From a virus, in IMG/VR virus record IMGVR_UViG_3300042453_004296, positions 6,015-70,014 of that record: DNA of 64,000 bases; one strand, given 5' to 3'. Both the position numbers and the translations under genes were made by a program. Under the pieces are notes generated by a model. The model ran no database searches. It was given only the letters and a program-made list of their open reading frames with translations, and was not told the DNA's origin. Below are positions 19,444 through 29,615 of the stretch, one piece after another (position 1 is the stretch's first letter; the number at the start of each line of letters is the position of its first letter).

Positions 19444-20220
19444 TTATTTGTTTAAATAATATACTTCCATCTTCTCTTCATCCATCATTGATGGCTTAGG
19501 TAGTGATTGGTATTTTAAATACTGGGTTACTGAGTTTAAGTAGTCGTTTGCTTTGGTTAGTTTGCTTTGTACCCATGCTTCTAGTTGGGTATCCTCATCT
19601 AGCATGTTGAATAATTCTTCAGCGTTTTGGATTAGATTACGCAATTCGGACTTAGCCATTTCACCTTCATAATCAAGTTCTTCTTCTTTTAACTCAACTC
19701 CACGGCCTTTTAAAATATCAGCTTTAGTTACTTTATCATCACCTGTTAAATCAGGGAAAGTTTCATCTATATTACCTGCTTGATCTTCACCTTCTCCAGC
19801 GCTTAGGTATACTTCTTGTTTAGCAATTAAATCTTCAATTTTATCCATTGCTTCTTTATCCCCTTTAGCTTCAGCTTTTTCGTGTGCTGCTTTTAGCTTT
19901 TTCATTGTTGGGTTAGCATCAGATACCATCTTATTACCCGCTAACAATGCTGCTACTAAAGCAGCTCCTGTTAATAATTTACCCATTGCACCTTCTTCTA
20001 GTTCGGTTGGTGCTTCAGGTTTAGTAGATAATCGTTTTTTGATTATCTCTTTTAGTCTTTCTTCGTTCATAGTTTGTACTTGAGATTTAGCTATATTCAT
20101 TGCACGACCACGCATCACATTTTCTGCTTCTTTTTTATATTTTTTAACAAAGTTTTTTCTATTACCCTTCATTGCTTGGTAAATATCTTCTGCTCTGTCT
20201 AATATCGCTTTTGATACCAT
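19444..20220 (-). CDS. Modular hypothetical protein with EF-hand/dockerin-like motif
   Basis: DLTGDDKVTKADIL; DYEGEMAK..EAWVQSKLTKA module. Confidence 0.7.
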   Translation of the reverse strand: MVSKAILDRAEDIYQAMKGNRKNFVKKYKKEAENVMRGRAMNIAKSQVQTMNEERLKEIIKKRLSTKPEAPTELEEGAMGKLLTGAALVAALLAGNKMVSDANPTMKKLKAAHEKAEAKGDKEAMDKIEDLIAKQEVYLSAGEGEDQAGNIDETFPDLTGDDKVTKADILKGRGVELKEEELDYEGEMAKSELRNLIQNAEELFNMLDEDTQLEAWVQSKLTKANDYLNSVTQYLKYQSLPKPSMMDEEKMEVYYLNK

Positions 20221-20242
20221 GTGTGTTTAATTTAAAATAGTT

Positions 20243-20263
20243 AGGGGGAGCCATGCTCCCCTA
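20243..20263 (-). terminator. Stem-loop, possible terminator
   Basis: GGGGAGC-3 nt-GCTCCCC inverted repeat after the Hc1-like gene; weak U tail. Confidence 0.5.
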
Positions 20264-20279
20264 TAACCGTTTTGATGAT

Positions 20280-20453
20280 TTACTTTGCTTTACTCTCAGC
20301 AACAGAAGCTTTACGATATTCGTTAGCTACTTTTTTAACCTCACCTGCGATCTTACGAGCACGTCCTTGTGCTGCTTTAGATCCTTTAGCGTGTTCTGCT
20401 GTTAACTCTTCTAGTAAACCATGCAACTTTTCTAATAACTCTTGGCTGTTCAT
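20280..20453 (-). CDS. Histone H1-like (Hc1-type) small basic protein
   Basis: Not in the ORF track. Translates as MNSQELLEKLHGLLEELTAEHAKGSKAAQGRARKIAGEVKKVANEYRKASVAESKAK; KG.KAA..RARK...YRK.S is the Hc1-like pattern. Confidence 0.75.
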   Translation of the reverse strand: MNSQELLEKLHGLLEELTAEHAKGSKAAQGRARKIAGEVKKVANEYRKASVAESKAK

Positions 20454-20479
20454 AGATTTTATTTATTTATTTGTTTATA

Positions 20480-20866
20480 TTATGCTTGTCCGCTTGTAGG
20501 TATCTGTGTCTTCAAGAAGAACAAAGCTGTGTTTCCGATTTGTCTGATTAGTTTGTCTTTAGTCTCACCATCAGGTAATTGTTTAGCAGCGTCTAAAGCC
20601 ATTTGTAATCCTTGTCCAATTGCTTTTTCGCTTGCATTTCCACCACTCATATCCATACTCACATCTGCTCCCATATCCATATCCATAGATGGTGCTTCTT
20701 CAGCAGGTGCGTCTAGGTTTATGTCTAATGGTGCTTCTTCACCAGCAGGTTCATCTATTTCAATGTCTTCAACTGGTGGTAATTCGTCCTTTTTCTTTTT
20801 CTTTTCAAGTAAAGAAATTTCTTCTTGGACTAATTTATTTATTAATTCTTTTGCTTTATTACTCAT
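20480..20866 (-). CDS. Acidic hypothetical protein with leader motif
   Basis: MSNKAKELINKLVQEEISLLE; late motif at 20878-20886. Confidence 0.75.
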   Translation of the reverse strand: MSNKAKELINKLVQEEISLLEKKKKKDELPPVEDIEIDEPAGEEAPLDINLDAPAEEAPSMDMDMGADVSMDMSGGNASEKAIGQGLQMALDAAKQLPDGETKDKLIRQIGNTALFFLKTQIPTSGQA

Positions 20867-20892
20867 TGTGGTTTTAGTATAAATATTGTGTT

Positions 20893-21255
20893 TTATCGTA
20901 AGTTTTGCAATTTATAGATAGTAGAACGAATTAAATCGGTAATGACGTCTAATTGGTTTTTGATATTAGTGTCATTAATAGTATCATATACATCACAAAC
21001 TGATTTGTTTAGTGCTTCTAGATATGCGATTACTTGTTGGCTGTTATTGTACTCCATTAAATTAAAGTTGGAATATCCTTTTACAATACCATATTTACCT
21101 TGATATGCCTCTACAATACCATCAATTAAGTCATCAATACTCTCATAATACTTTTGGAGTGCTTTATGCTCAGCATATGACTGTGTTTGCAGATGAAATA
21201 TGTGGGATTGGGTTTGAGAGTGGAATAAATATGATATTAGTTTTGCAAAATCCAT
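20893..21255 (-). CDS. Dps/ferritin-like protein
   Basis: HIFHLQT.SYAEHKAL..YYE.IDDL.D...E pattern of Dps-like helix bundles. Confidence 0.75.
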   Translation of the reverse strand: MDFAKLISYLFHSQTQSHIFHLQTQSYAEHKALQKYYESIDDLIDGIVEAYQGKYGIVKGYSNFNLMEYNNSQQVIAYLEALNKSVCDVYDTINDTNIKNQLDVITDLIRSTIYKLQNLR

Positions 21256-21280
21256 GTTTAATTTTATATATAAATATTGG

Positions 21281-21850
21281 TTATTTCTTCAAGCTTTCAA
21301 GATACTTAATGGTTTCTTCTTTGCTTTCAAGAAGCTTCTGTTTAGCATCACCAACCCAACGTTCCATGTCACCAGCTTCAGTCATATATGATTCATTTTT
21401 AGTATTAATTTCTTCATCAATCCAGATGTTAAATTCATGAATCATACCATCAATATCTGAGTTGCCTACAAATTTTTCATATTCTTCTAGTAAGCCTTTT
21501 TGTCTAAGATCATGTTCGAAATCTACCTGGCAGTTAAAGCATCTTTTATATTGTAGATAAAAACGTTTGTCTAGATGTGGTTTCATTACTTTACTGCAAC
21601 AAGGGCAAAATAGTGGTAGGTTAATTTCCTTTTTGGCGGCGTCTAGTTTAGTAATATTCTGTTTAATACCATTTTTAATAGTCCAAGTACGATCATCTTC
21701 TTCCCATATGTCACCTTCTTCATGGTGCTCGTATTGTTTAGTATACCCAGTACCTATAGTAGCCTTTTCACCATATTTACCTTGTATAAGGTTACGAAGA
21801 CGTTGTATGTCTTTTTCCTTAAATTCTTTTTTCAAAACATTTTCTGCCAT
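21281..21850 (-). CDS. Hypothetical zinc-finger protein
   Basis: CPCC...CFNC. Confidence 0.7.
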   Translation of the reverse strand: MAENVLKKEFKEKDIQRLRNLIQGKYGEKATIGTGYTKQYEHHEEGDIWEEDDRTWTIKNGIKQNITKLDAAKKEINLPLFCPCCSKVMKPHLDKRFYLQYKRCFNCQVDFEHDLRQKGLLEEYEKFVGNSDIDGMIHEFNIWIDEEINTKNESYMTEAGDMERWVGDAKQKLLESKEETIKYLESLKK

Positions 21851-21861
21851 AACTTAATTTT

Positions 21862-23130
21862 TTATAATGAATTTTCCCAACCTCTAAAATACATACCGTT
21901 ACCATATTCATATGCTTCACGTTCTAGTTCTTTTAAGTAGTCGTCTTCATTTATATTGTATCCTTCTATATTTGTTAATTTACCTTCAAGATTTTGTTTA
22001 TGATGTATCATCTCATGAGCATATGAACGTAGTATATCTTTTGGGTGCCTATTTAAAGTATATAAAGTAATAGATTTATTTCCAGGGTTATAATATGCTG
22101 TTTTTCCTAATAAATCATTAGCATTTTCTACATCATCCTCAATAAAATTAATATCAGGTAATGGTTCAATATTAATATAATCCATCATATAATCAGTTAA
22201 TGATACTAATTTTTCAATGAATTCAGCATTATGTTCTAAAGAATTAGATGTTTTTTCAACAGTAATAGGTATAGTAATATCCATATCCAATTCATTAGTC
22301 TCAGGCTCAAAATTATTTTTACTAATATTAGATATTACTATTTTATCTTTGTCTTTATTAATTTTAAAATCAGGTGGGGATAAGTTTTTATAATAATCTT
22401 TATAATAATCTACTCTAGCAAATTTAGGTGATGTATCTAAGTCTGGTTGTTTGTCTTGTAGTGGTTCAAAAAAGTTATTTGTTTCTTCTTTAGGGGTGTT
22501 ATCATGTCCACATTTATGGCACATAAATAAATCGTCTCCACCATCTTTTATTTTCCAAGTCCAACCACAATTATCACAAACTATGCTATCACCTACAATT
22601 TCTTCAGATATATCATTACGTCCTTTTATATAAGCCCAATATGTACCATCTCCTCTGTCTACAATATCTTTATCACCTATACCAAATTGTTTTTTAATAG
22701 CAGCTTTATATATTCTATCTCTTTGAGTTTCCCCTGTTTTAGATTGACCACTTTTTTCTATAGATGACCAACTAATTATTTCAACATCAGAGTGTTTGCT
22801 AATATAATCTTTAGTAATAGCGACAATTGTAGCCATTATTCGATACAGATCTCCAGCATTTGTTTCTGGGTAGGTCATGTCCATGTAGTTTTTACCTACT
22901 CCAAAGTCTACTCCTATTCTGTTATCGTATTGATATATATCTACAATATATGGTTCTCCAACTGATTTGAAGGAATATGTAGATGCTGATTTTGCTTTAA
23001 AAGGATAAGCATCTGTTAGTTTTTCAAATACCTCTGTTATATTAGGAGTATCCTTAATCAGATGCTCAACTCTAGCTAATTCTTCTTTGGTTAGAAATGG
23101 TGTTACAAGATCCCTTACTGATGGTATCAT
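21862..23130 (-). CDS. Multidomain protein: zinc ribbon plus zincin metallopeptidase-like domain
   Basis: CDNCGW..CHKCGH and AHEMIHHKQ..LEREAY (HExxH...E). Confidence 0.7.
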   Translation of the reverse strand: MIPSVRDLVTPFLTKEELARVEHLIKDTPNITEVFEKLTDAYPFKAKSASTYSFKSVGEPYIVDIYQYDNRIGVDFGVGKNYMDMTYPETNAGDLYRIMATIVAITKDYISKHSDVEIISWSSIEKSGQSKTGETQRDRIYKAAIKKQFGIGDKDIVDRGDGTYWAYIKGRNDISEEIVGDSIVCDNCGWTWKIKDGGDDLFMCHKCGHDNTPKEETNNFFEPLQDKQPDLDTSPKFARVDYYKDYYKNLSPPDFKINKDKDKIVISNISKNNFEPETNELDMDITIPITVEKTSNSLEHNAEFIEKLVSLTDYMMDYINIEPLPDINFIEDDVENANDLLGKTAYYNPGNKSITLYTLNRHPKDILRSYAHEMIHHKQNLEGKLTNIEGYNINEDDYLKELEREAYEYGNGMYFRGWENSL

Positions 23131-23939
23131 TCTTCAATTTTGTCATAAATATTAGGGTCTAATTGAATTTCGATGGGGCATTGATCACTATTAGGTTTTG
23201 GGTCAGGGTTTTCTAGTTTAAACAACTCATATACGTGTTCAAATAATTTAAAATTATCTTCAATTGAACGGGTTGGTTCGTATACTTCCCATCCTTTACC
23301 TTGCATTGTTTTACCTTTTTTATCTTCACCACGTTTAGATGATTTTAACCAAATAATGCCTACACGATCTATTTTTTCTTCAAATGTTTCATTCCATGCC
23401 TCAGCATATGCTGCTAGTTGTAAATCCATAGCTGTGTGTAGTGAGTTAGATGTTTTCATATCTAGTAACCATCTTACACCATCAATTTCGACTACTAGGT
23501 CACAAGTACCCGCGTATTTGTGTTTATCTGAGAATAAGTGGATTTCGCTTTCAATTAGTACTGGTTTGAAGTTAGTCCAAAATTCATGAAATTTTAGAAT
23601 CATTTTCCAAACATCTAATGAGTAATTTGAGTATCCATCTTTGTTTAACCATTCGATTTTTTCACCTAGCAAGTAACGCTCAATAGCATCGTGCACTTGA
23701 GTACCCTCGTCAGCTGCTTTTTTAACTATAATATCAGCATTGTGTCCTACATCTTTTAACCATGTTTCAAAAAATTTACCTTTAGGTAAAAATTGTAATA
23801 TACTTGTTACAGATGGATAATAATCATCATTTCTACTATAAAATCGATTATCATTAATATTTACTCGTTTTGAAGTTGGGTCTATATGGAGTATACGGGT
23901 TACACTTTTCTTATAGACGGATACATTTTTTTCTATCAT
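23127..23939 (-). CDS. PD-(D/E)xK exonuclease
   Basis: PSVTSIL, GTQVHDAIE, AGTCD, LDMKTS and QLAAY motifs. Confidence 0.88.
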   Translation of the reverse strand: MIEKNVSVYKKSVTRILHIDPTSKRVNINDNRFYSRNDDYYPSVTSILQFLPKGKFFETWLKDVGHNADIIVKKAADEGTQVHDAIERYLLGEKIEWLNKDGYSNYSLDVWKMILKFHEFWTNFKPVLIESEIHLFSDKHKYAGTCDLVVEIDGVRWLLDMKTSNSLHTAMDLQLAAYAEAWNETFEEKIDRVGIIWLKSSKRGEDKKGKTMQGKGWEVYEPTRSIEDNFKLFEHVYELFKLENPDPKPNSDQCPIEIQLDPNIYDKIEE

Positions 23940-24868
23940 ATTAATTGTAATTTTTTCTCAAATAAATCTGAGAATGTTAAGGGTAGAGTATTTTGGATTA
24001 GACTGGTAAATTTCTCAAATCCCATTTCACTGGGGTCTTTATCATCCATGTCTACTAGGTATACTTCTTTACCTTCGTTTAATAATTCCTCACAAAATGA
24101 GAGGGCTTGTTTAATAGCATCTTTATCTAATGCTATGTATATTTTTTCTACTTTAGATGTTACTAATTTTTTCCTTAAAGCTGTTTGGATATTTTTACCT
24201 AATAACGGGATAACATTGCGTTTTATAGCTAACGCGTCAAATGGCCCCTCACATAACGTAATTGGTATATTCCAATTAATAAACAGTTCAAATGGAATTA
24301 TATTCCTAGATACATCTGGGTTTTTATATTTTATAGATGAGTTTTTATCAAAACTTCTAGCGGTGAAATAATTTAGTACCCCATGCTCATCATATGATGG
24401 TACTATAATACAGTTAGAGTACTTGCCATCATCACAATAGCCTAAATTGTATTTAATAATGTCGTCAGATGTAATATTTCTGCGTTTTAAATAGCTGATA
24501 GCGTGCTTATATTCAATGCTATTATTAAATTCTATTAATGATTTGAATTCAGGGGGTAATTCTACTTTAGTATTAGTTACTGTTACTTCAAAGTTATTCG
24601 ATGTGTACTTTTCGAATGATTTTACCTCTTTAAGCTTATCAGCAGACGCATTTATGGCTTTAAGTAGATTAGATAGTTTTTTACCTTTCTTATTACACAC
24701 CCAACAATTCCAAGGATGTTCACCTTTTTCATTTTCTGTTAGGTTAACCTCTAATTTTGGTTTGTGATGATTACAAAAAGGACAATGGTAAGCAAAATTA
24801 CCACGCGCAGTGGGTTTACCAATACCTAAAACCGAATTTAGTGTAGCAACTAGAGCTTGATTTACCAT
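23936..24868 (-). CDS. DNA primase (zinc finger plus TOPRIM)
   Basis: CPFC..H..CWVC, CEGPFDA and IALDKDA motifs. Confidence 0.9.
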   Translation of the reverse strand: MVNQALVATLNSVLGIGKPTARGNFAYHCPFCNHHKPKLEVNLTENEKGEHPWNCWVCNKKGKKLSNLLKAINASADKLKEVKSFEKYTSNNFEVTVTNTKVELPPEFKSLIEFNNSIEYKHAISYLKRRNITSDDIIKYNLGYCDDGKYSNCIIVPSYDEHGVLNYFTARSFDKNSSIKYKNPDVSRNIIPFELFINWNIPITLCEGPFDALAIKRNVIPLLGKNIQTALRKKLVTSKVEKIYIALDKDAIKQALSFCEELLNEGKEVYLVDMDDKDPSEMGFEKFTSLIQNTLPLTFSDLFEKKLQLI

Positions 24869-24870
24869 AC

Positions 24871-25338
24871 TTACAATATATTAACTAGATTTGGGTTAGC
24901 CAAATCTTTCTTAAAATATCGTCCTTGTATGTTATCATTATAGCTGTTTGTTTCTAAACAGCATGTTGTGAATTGGTATTTAGCTTCGAGATATGATAGA
25001 TGTTTTGATGTCCATGCTATATCTAGTATTTCTCTATAGAATTTGTCTTCACCTAAACGTGCTACATCTTCTAATAATGGTTTACAACTACCCCAATATG
25101 TTTTCCAATCTGATTCAGCGTATGAAACTTCTTTAGTTTTCTTACGGCCAGGACCAGTTTGTTCAGCCATAGCTTTTTTACCTAGTTTTTTAGTCTTTTT
25201 ATGTTGTAGAAATTTTTTACCAATATATATTCTACCATCGACTGTATTAGAGATAAGATAAACAAATCCGAATGGAGTATGTTCACCAAAATCTTCTATA
25301 TTTTCAACTTTTTTACCTTTATATAACCAATTTATCAT
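24871..25338 (-). CDS. GIY-YIG endonuclease-like protein
   Basis: GFVYLI...IYIGKK, YWGS and YN motifs. Confidence 0.75.
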   Translation of the reverse strand: MINWLYKGKKVENIEDFGEHTPFGFVYLISNTVDGRIYIGKKFLQHKKTKKLGKKAMAEQTGPGRKKTKEVSYAESDWKTYWGSCKPLLEDVARLGEDKFYREILDIAWTSKHLSYLEAKYQFTTCCLETNSYNDNIQGRYFKKDLANPNLVNIL

Positions 25339-25342
25339 AATC

Positions 25343-26296
25343 TTACTTATCTATATTAACTAATATTGTTGTATCAGTTGTATCACTTGTGGGGAGTGGT
25401 TGGCCTAATTTAGCTACCATTAATAATTCTTGCGCTTCATTATAAAAACCTACTGTTGTAACATATGGACTAAAATATGAACCTGTTACAAAACTATATA
25501 CTGTGCCTTCTGTGGATCCTGATATTAATGATGGGTTTAGGCTAAAATTAAATTCTTCAGGTCTAATAGTGCATTTATATTGTGTCTCATATATTGTTCT
25601 TGAACTTTGGAAACTACAGGTAAAATTATTAGTATTAACCCATGTGCTATCTATATCTGGTAGGGTATAGTCATTTGTGAGTACAGCTATTCCGTGAGAA
25701 TAGTTTATTATCCCTATAGGAGTAGATCCTGATGTTAGTAGTCCTTCTCCATTATCTATAATATTATATTGCCCACCAATTCCATTATCAAATTTAAAAT
25801 TAACTGTATTAGGATTTAAATAATCCCCAAACAAATTTTTAGGTATAGAAATTACCCATATAACAGCGTTAGGGGTTTCAAGAAAATATCTACTATAACC
25901 ATAATTAGAAGTATATCCTAATGAATTAGTTTGAAATAATGTTGTAGATTCATAGTTATAAAACCTACTATAAACATTAGTTAATGAATCATCTTCAACT
26001 ACTTGTCCTAAATAATTAGTTATATATGGAGAGCCACTAATTGGATTAGTGATATAATTAGTGTAATATAATTGCTTAATTGAATTATATAATCCACCAA
26101 GGGATACTGAGCTACTGTTATATCCAAAAGAAGCAGAAGTTAAAAAGAATGAGGAAGATTTATTAATATTCTGTCCTGTTAATCTTATTATTCCATTATT
26201 TTCTAAAGATGCACTTCCCTCAAAAGAAAAACTTTTGTTAACAACTAGCGGAGATACAATAACATCCGTACTTAAAAATTGTTTGAATGCACTCAT
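25343..26296 (-). CDS. Tail/baseplate structural protein
   Basis: C-terminal YVTTVGFYNEAQELLMVAKL shared with the adjacent paralog; Ser/Thr/Gly-rich. Confidence 0.65.
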   Translation of the reverse strand: MSAFKQFLSTDVIVSPLVVNKSFSFEGSASLENNGIIRLTGQNINKSSSFFLTSASFGYNSSSVSLGGLYNSIKQLYYTNYITNPISGSPYITNYLGQVVEDDSLTNVYSRFYNYESTTLFQTNSLGYTSNYGYSRYFLETPNAVIWVISIPKNLFGDYLNPNTVNFKFDNGIGGQYNIIDNGEGLLTSGSTPIGIINYSHGIAVLTNDYTLPDIDSTWVNTNNFTCSFQSSRTIYETQYKCTIRPEEFNFSLNPSLISGSTEGTVYSFVTGSYFSPYVTTVGFYNEAQELLMVAKLGQPLPTSDTTDTTILVNIDK

Positions 26297-26299
26297 TCA

Positions 26300-27367
26300 T
26301 TAAAAGTCTAATTTAACACGTACTAATGCCTCTTTTGTAAAGTCTTTCTTAAGTGGTTTAGATAATTTAGCTACAGCTAATAATTCGTTTGAATCATTAT
26401 ACAAACCTACTGTTGTGATATAAGTAGTTGGACTATTAATGAATAAATCATACAACACTGCTCCTGTGCTACCTGATATAAAGCTTGGGTTTTCGGTGTA
26501 GTTAAACTCAGCATTTCTTGCTCTGCAGAATACAAAATCAGAAGTTATTGTTTCTTGACTATTTAATGAGAAACTACTTGTAAATGATCCTGTAATTAAA
26601 CCTCGGGTTCCGCTTCCTGTTGAGTATAGGCGAGCCGGGTTGTAAACGTTAGAGTTTGATGTTCTTTGAGTACCCAAAGCAATACCTCCACTAACAAATG
26701 GTAAATCTAAAGCAGCAGCATTTAATATAATAGTTCCTACATCTGGTAGGAATAATCCATATGATCCAGATACAGTCATACCATTGCTTATGCTTCCTGG
26801 GATAGTTGATGTAGTGGCTGTTCCGTTACTTCCAGATACAATTTGAAATACGCGACCTGCATCACTGTAAGTGATAGTGGTTGTATCTAAACTATTGTCG
26901 GTTAAAGTAATTGATTTAGAGGCAGAATATAATGTTAGGTTTAATGATCCAGGGAATAATGATTCTTTATATCTTGCTCTGTCAATTGTAATAGTATAAA
27001 AATCTTGTTGGGATGGTGTTATAGTTGAGAATGAAAAATCAGTATTTTCATCACCATAAATCATATTTCTCCATTGGCCATAGATTGTTCTAGTTGGTGA
27101 TAATCCTCCTATCCCAGCATCATATAGTAATGATCCGGATCCGTATTTGTTACCATAAGCAATGTTGAATTGCAATTCAGTAGTTGATGAGTTTGTTGAT
27201 GGATCTAAATTATATATATTCAAATAATAATTTCCAGATGTTCCAGCAGCTTGTACAGATGATGTATACATAGCTGTTAGTGGGGTAATGTAATTAGTCC
27301 AGCATGGTGCTGTTACGGTATCGGCACTAACTAGAAAATCTTGGGGATCTAAGGTTTTATATGACAT
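26300..27367 (-). CDS. Tail/baseplate structural protein (paralog of 25343..26296)
   Basis: C-terminal YITTVGLYNDSNELLAVAKL, resembling tail-collar/fibre attachment motifs. Confidence 0.65.
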   Translation of the reverse strand: MSYKTLDPQDFLVSADTVTAPCWTNYITPLTAMYTSSVQAAGTSGNYYLNIYNLDPSTNSSTTELQFNIAYGNKYGSGSLLYDAGIGGLSPTRTIYGQWRNMIYGDENTDFSFSTITPSQQDFYTITIDRARYKESLFPGSLNLTLYSASKSITLTDNSLDTTTITYSDAGRVFQIVSGSNGTATTSTIPGSISNGMTVSGSYGLFLPDVGTIILNAAALDLPFVSGGIALGTQRTSNSNVYNPARLYSTGSGTRGLITGSFTSSFSLNSQETITSDFVFCRARNAEFNYTENPSFISGSTGAVLYDLFINSPTTYITTVGLYNDSNELLAVAKLSKPLKKDFTKEALVRVKLDF

Positions 27368-27384
27368 TTCTTATAATATTTTTA

Positions 27385-28041
27385 TTAGCTAACTTTTGTT
27401 ATAGTGATTGGAATAGTTACTCTTGCTCCACTATCTCTACCTTGTACAATTAATATAGTTTGTAATTGAGTTTGAGAACCAAATAATGTGTTAATTGTAG
27501 TACCAGTCATATTTAATGTAGTACCAATTACTGTTTTAGATACATTAGTTCCAAGAGTAGTTGTTGAGTTTAGAGCTGTAGAAGCATTTGTGTTGATACC
27601 TACACCATTAAATACACTCATTGTTCTAACATCACCAATAGTAAAGTTATATCCTGATGTTTCGAATGTTTGTGATCCACCTAGGTAATTTAATGTTTGA
27701 GGTGTAATCGATAATGAAGCACCTTGTTTTAAAGTAATATTAGTATAACCAATATTAATAATAGGCATTTTAGCGGTACCACGTGGTAATGTGGTAAGTA
27801 AATACTTCATTATTTGTGTTTCATCAGAAAATGCTTCTAATAAAGGCATACCTTCAATTGCTTGTCCATAATATGCTGAACCTGAAGGGTTATTTGGGTT
27901 ATAGAGAGTGTAGTCTATTTCATCATCAGATAAAGCAAATTGTGTGATTCTGAATGAGCCATCGTTTTTGGCTAGTAATTCTCTACCTTTTTTAGTTAAG
28001 ATAGCATCTACTGTTATGATTTGGTTATTTAAATATCCCAT
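27385..28041 (-). CDS. Tail/baseplate structural protein
   Basis: LTKKGRELLA..ITQFAL N-terminus resembling tail-fibre attachment domains; late motif at 28061-28069. Confidence 0.6.
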   Translation of the reverse strand: MGYLNNQIITVDAILTKKGRELLAKNDGSFRITQFALSDDEIDYTLYNPNNPSGSAYYGQAIEGMPLLEAFSDETQIMKYLLTTLPRGTAKMPIINIGYTNITLKQGASLSITPQTLNYLGGSQTFETSGYNFTIGDVRTMSVFNGVGINTNASTALNSTTTLGTNVSKTVIGTTLNMTGTTINTLFGSQTQLQTILIVQGRDSGARVTIPITITKVS

Positions 28042-28068
28042 TTCTTTTTTATGATTTTATTATAAATA

Positions 28069-29607
28069 TTATGATAGTGTGCCTTCTGCGTTAAGTTTAC
28101 TAATTATAGTTTCAAAATTATTCTCTAATTCCTCAGATATATATTGTGGTTTAATAAATCCGGTTAAAGGTTGACCTGTTGTTCCGGATGGTTTTTTAAC
28201 ATCTAAGATAAGATAATTACCATTTGGTATTACTCTATATATGCAAAAATGATCTAATAGTGAGCCGGTTTGAATTCCAGGTTTAACTTTTAAAGTTAAG
28301 CTACCTGATATGTTTGTTCCACTTCCGGTATTTGCTGTTCCTATTTCATATATGGTATGGGTTTTATTTTTATCGTATTCAAAGCGAATAAAATCCCCAG
28401 GTTGTGGTTGGAATGGTAAAGTTATATTTGAAAATCCAAATGCTGTTGAAGCAGTAGGCATAAGTTGGGTGTATTGGTCACTATACAAGCCAGTTAATGC
28501 TTTAGAAGCTGTTAAAACAGAGTACTCAGTTGATGGATTAGTTGACCATGTTCCTATTGACCAGTATGAGCTTGTTATGTAATTAGTAGCTATATATGAT
28601 TGGTATGATCTAAAATATGTATTATATCCCCCATCAAGAGCTAATATTTTCATATTTGCTGAGTTATTGTCACTTTCTAGTCTGTATCTGACTTCAATTT
28701 GGTCTCCGGTTACGAAATTAGTGGCTACACTTGTAGCGTAGATAGTATATACTACACCAGCATCATTTGGGTTAGCGACTGTATAGTACTTTGTTGTAGG
28801 TGAGTTAGGGCTTGCTCCTTCTAATGGTATAGGTGAACCATTTTTCCAAATTTGGAGATAAAAAGTATTTCCATTGTCAGCATTGTTTTCTAATTTATAA
28901 TCAACTCTAGCTGTGAATTTTAATAAGGTACCTTGATCTGAGGTATTATTAGGTAGGGTATAGATATAAGTTGATGGGTTGTAGTTATTTCCTGTATCAT
29001 CTATTTCTGTTCCAAAGTCTAATTTTTGGTATGAAGTATTATTTATAGTAGCAGATTGTGCTTTTTTGGCTTCAAAATAGTAGTTATAAGCTGTTTCTGA
29101 ACTGACTGCTAGGTAACTTGCTCCAAAGCTCATTGTGTGAATGTAATCCATTCTTCCAGAGCCTGTTTCTGTTACTGCTATAGTTTCAATTTTTCCTATG
29201 CCTGTTGTTGTTTTATTTCCTAGTAATGTAGTAAATAATGTAGTACCATCTAAACTAGTAACATTTACTGTTTTTCCAATTTCAAAATTTTGATTTAGAT
29301 TTAATAATGCAAATGAATTAGCTTGGGGTGTTATAACATTACCTTGAGAATCAATTAAATATTTAATAAAATAAGCCGTTTGATCTATAATTTCAGGGCC
29401 TGTGCCTCCTATACCGTTAAAATATGCAAAATAAGTTTGGTTTTTTTCGGCTGAAGATAAGGTTCCTTGTCCGCTACCATCTGTGGTAGTAGTGTTGAAA
29501 TCACCTATGATGCTATTTCCTAATAAAAACTTTTGAGGGTCATTATCAATACTTGTAGGTATAGGTGAATTATTTTTTGTTTTAAATACAGTTGTAAAAT
29601 TAGCCAT
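28069..29607 (-). CDS. Putative tail fibre or receptor-binding structural protein
   Basis: 512 aa, beta-rich Thr/Ser/Asn/Gly composition, within the tail cluster. Confidence 0.55.
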   Translation of the reverse strand: MANFTTVFKTKNNSPIPTSIDNDPQKFLLGNSIIGDFNTTTTDGSGQGTLSSAEKNQTYFAYFNGIGGTGPEIIDQTAYFIKYLIDSQGNVITPQANSFALLNLNQNFEIGKTVNVTSLDGTTLFTTLLGNKTTTGIGKIETIAVTETGSGRMDYIHTMSFGASYLAVSSETAYNYYFEAKKAQSATINNTSYQKLDFGTEIDDTGNNYNPSTYIYTLPNNTSDQGTLLKFTARVDYKLENNADNGNTFYLQIWKNGSPIPLEGASPNSPTTKYYTVANPNDAGVVYTIYATSVATNFVTGDQIEVRYRLESDNNSANMKILALDGGYNTYFRSYQSYIATNYITSSYWSIGTWSTNPSTEYSVLTASKALTGLYSDQYTQLMPTASTAFGFSNITLPFQPQPGDFIRFEYDKNKTHTIYEIGTANTGSGTNISGSLTLKVKPGIQTGSLLDHFCIYRVIPNGNYLILDVKKPSGTTGQPLTGFIKPQYISEELENNFETIISKLNAEGTLS

Positions 29608-29615
29608 AAACTTAT

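Noticed and set aside
23127-23939. Cas4 as evidence of a CRISPR system
   Set aside because: It lacks the four-Cys Fe-S pattern and sits beside the primase; an ordinary phage PD-(D/E)xK exonuclease
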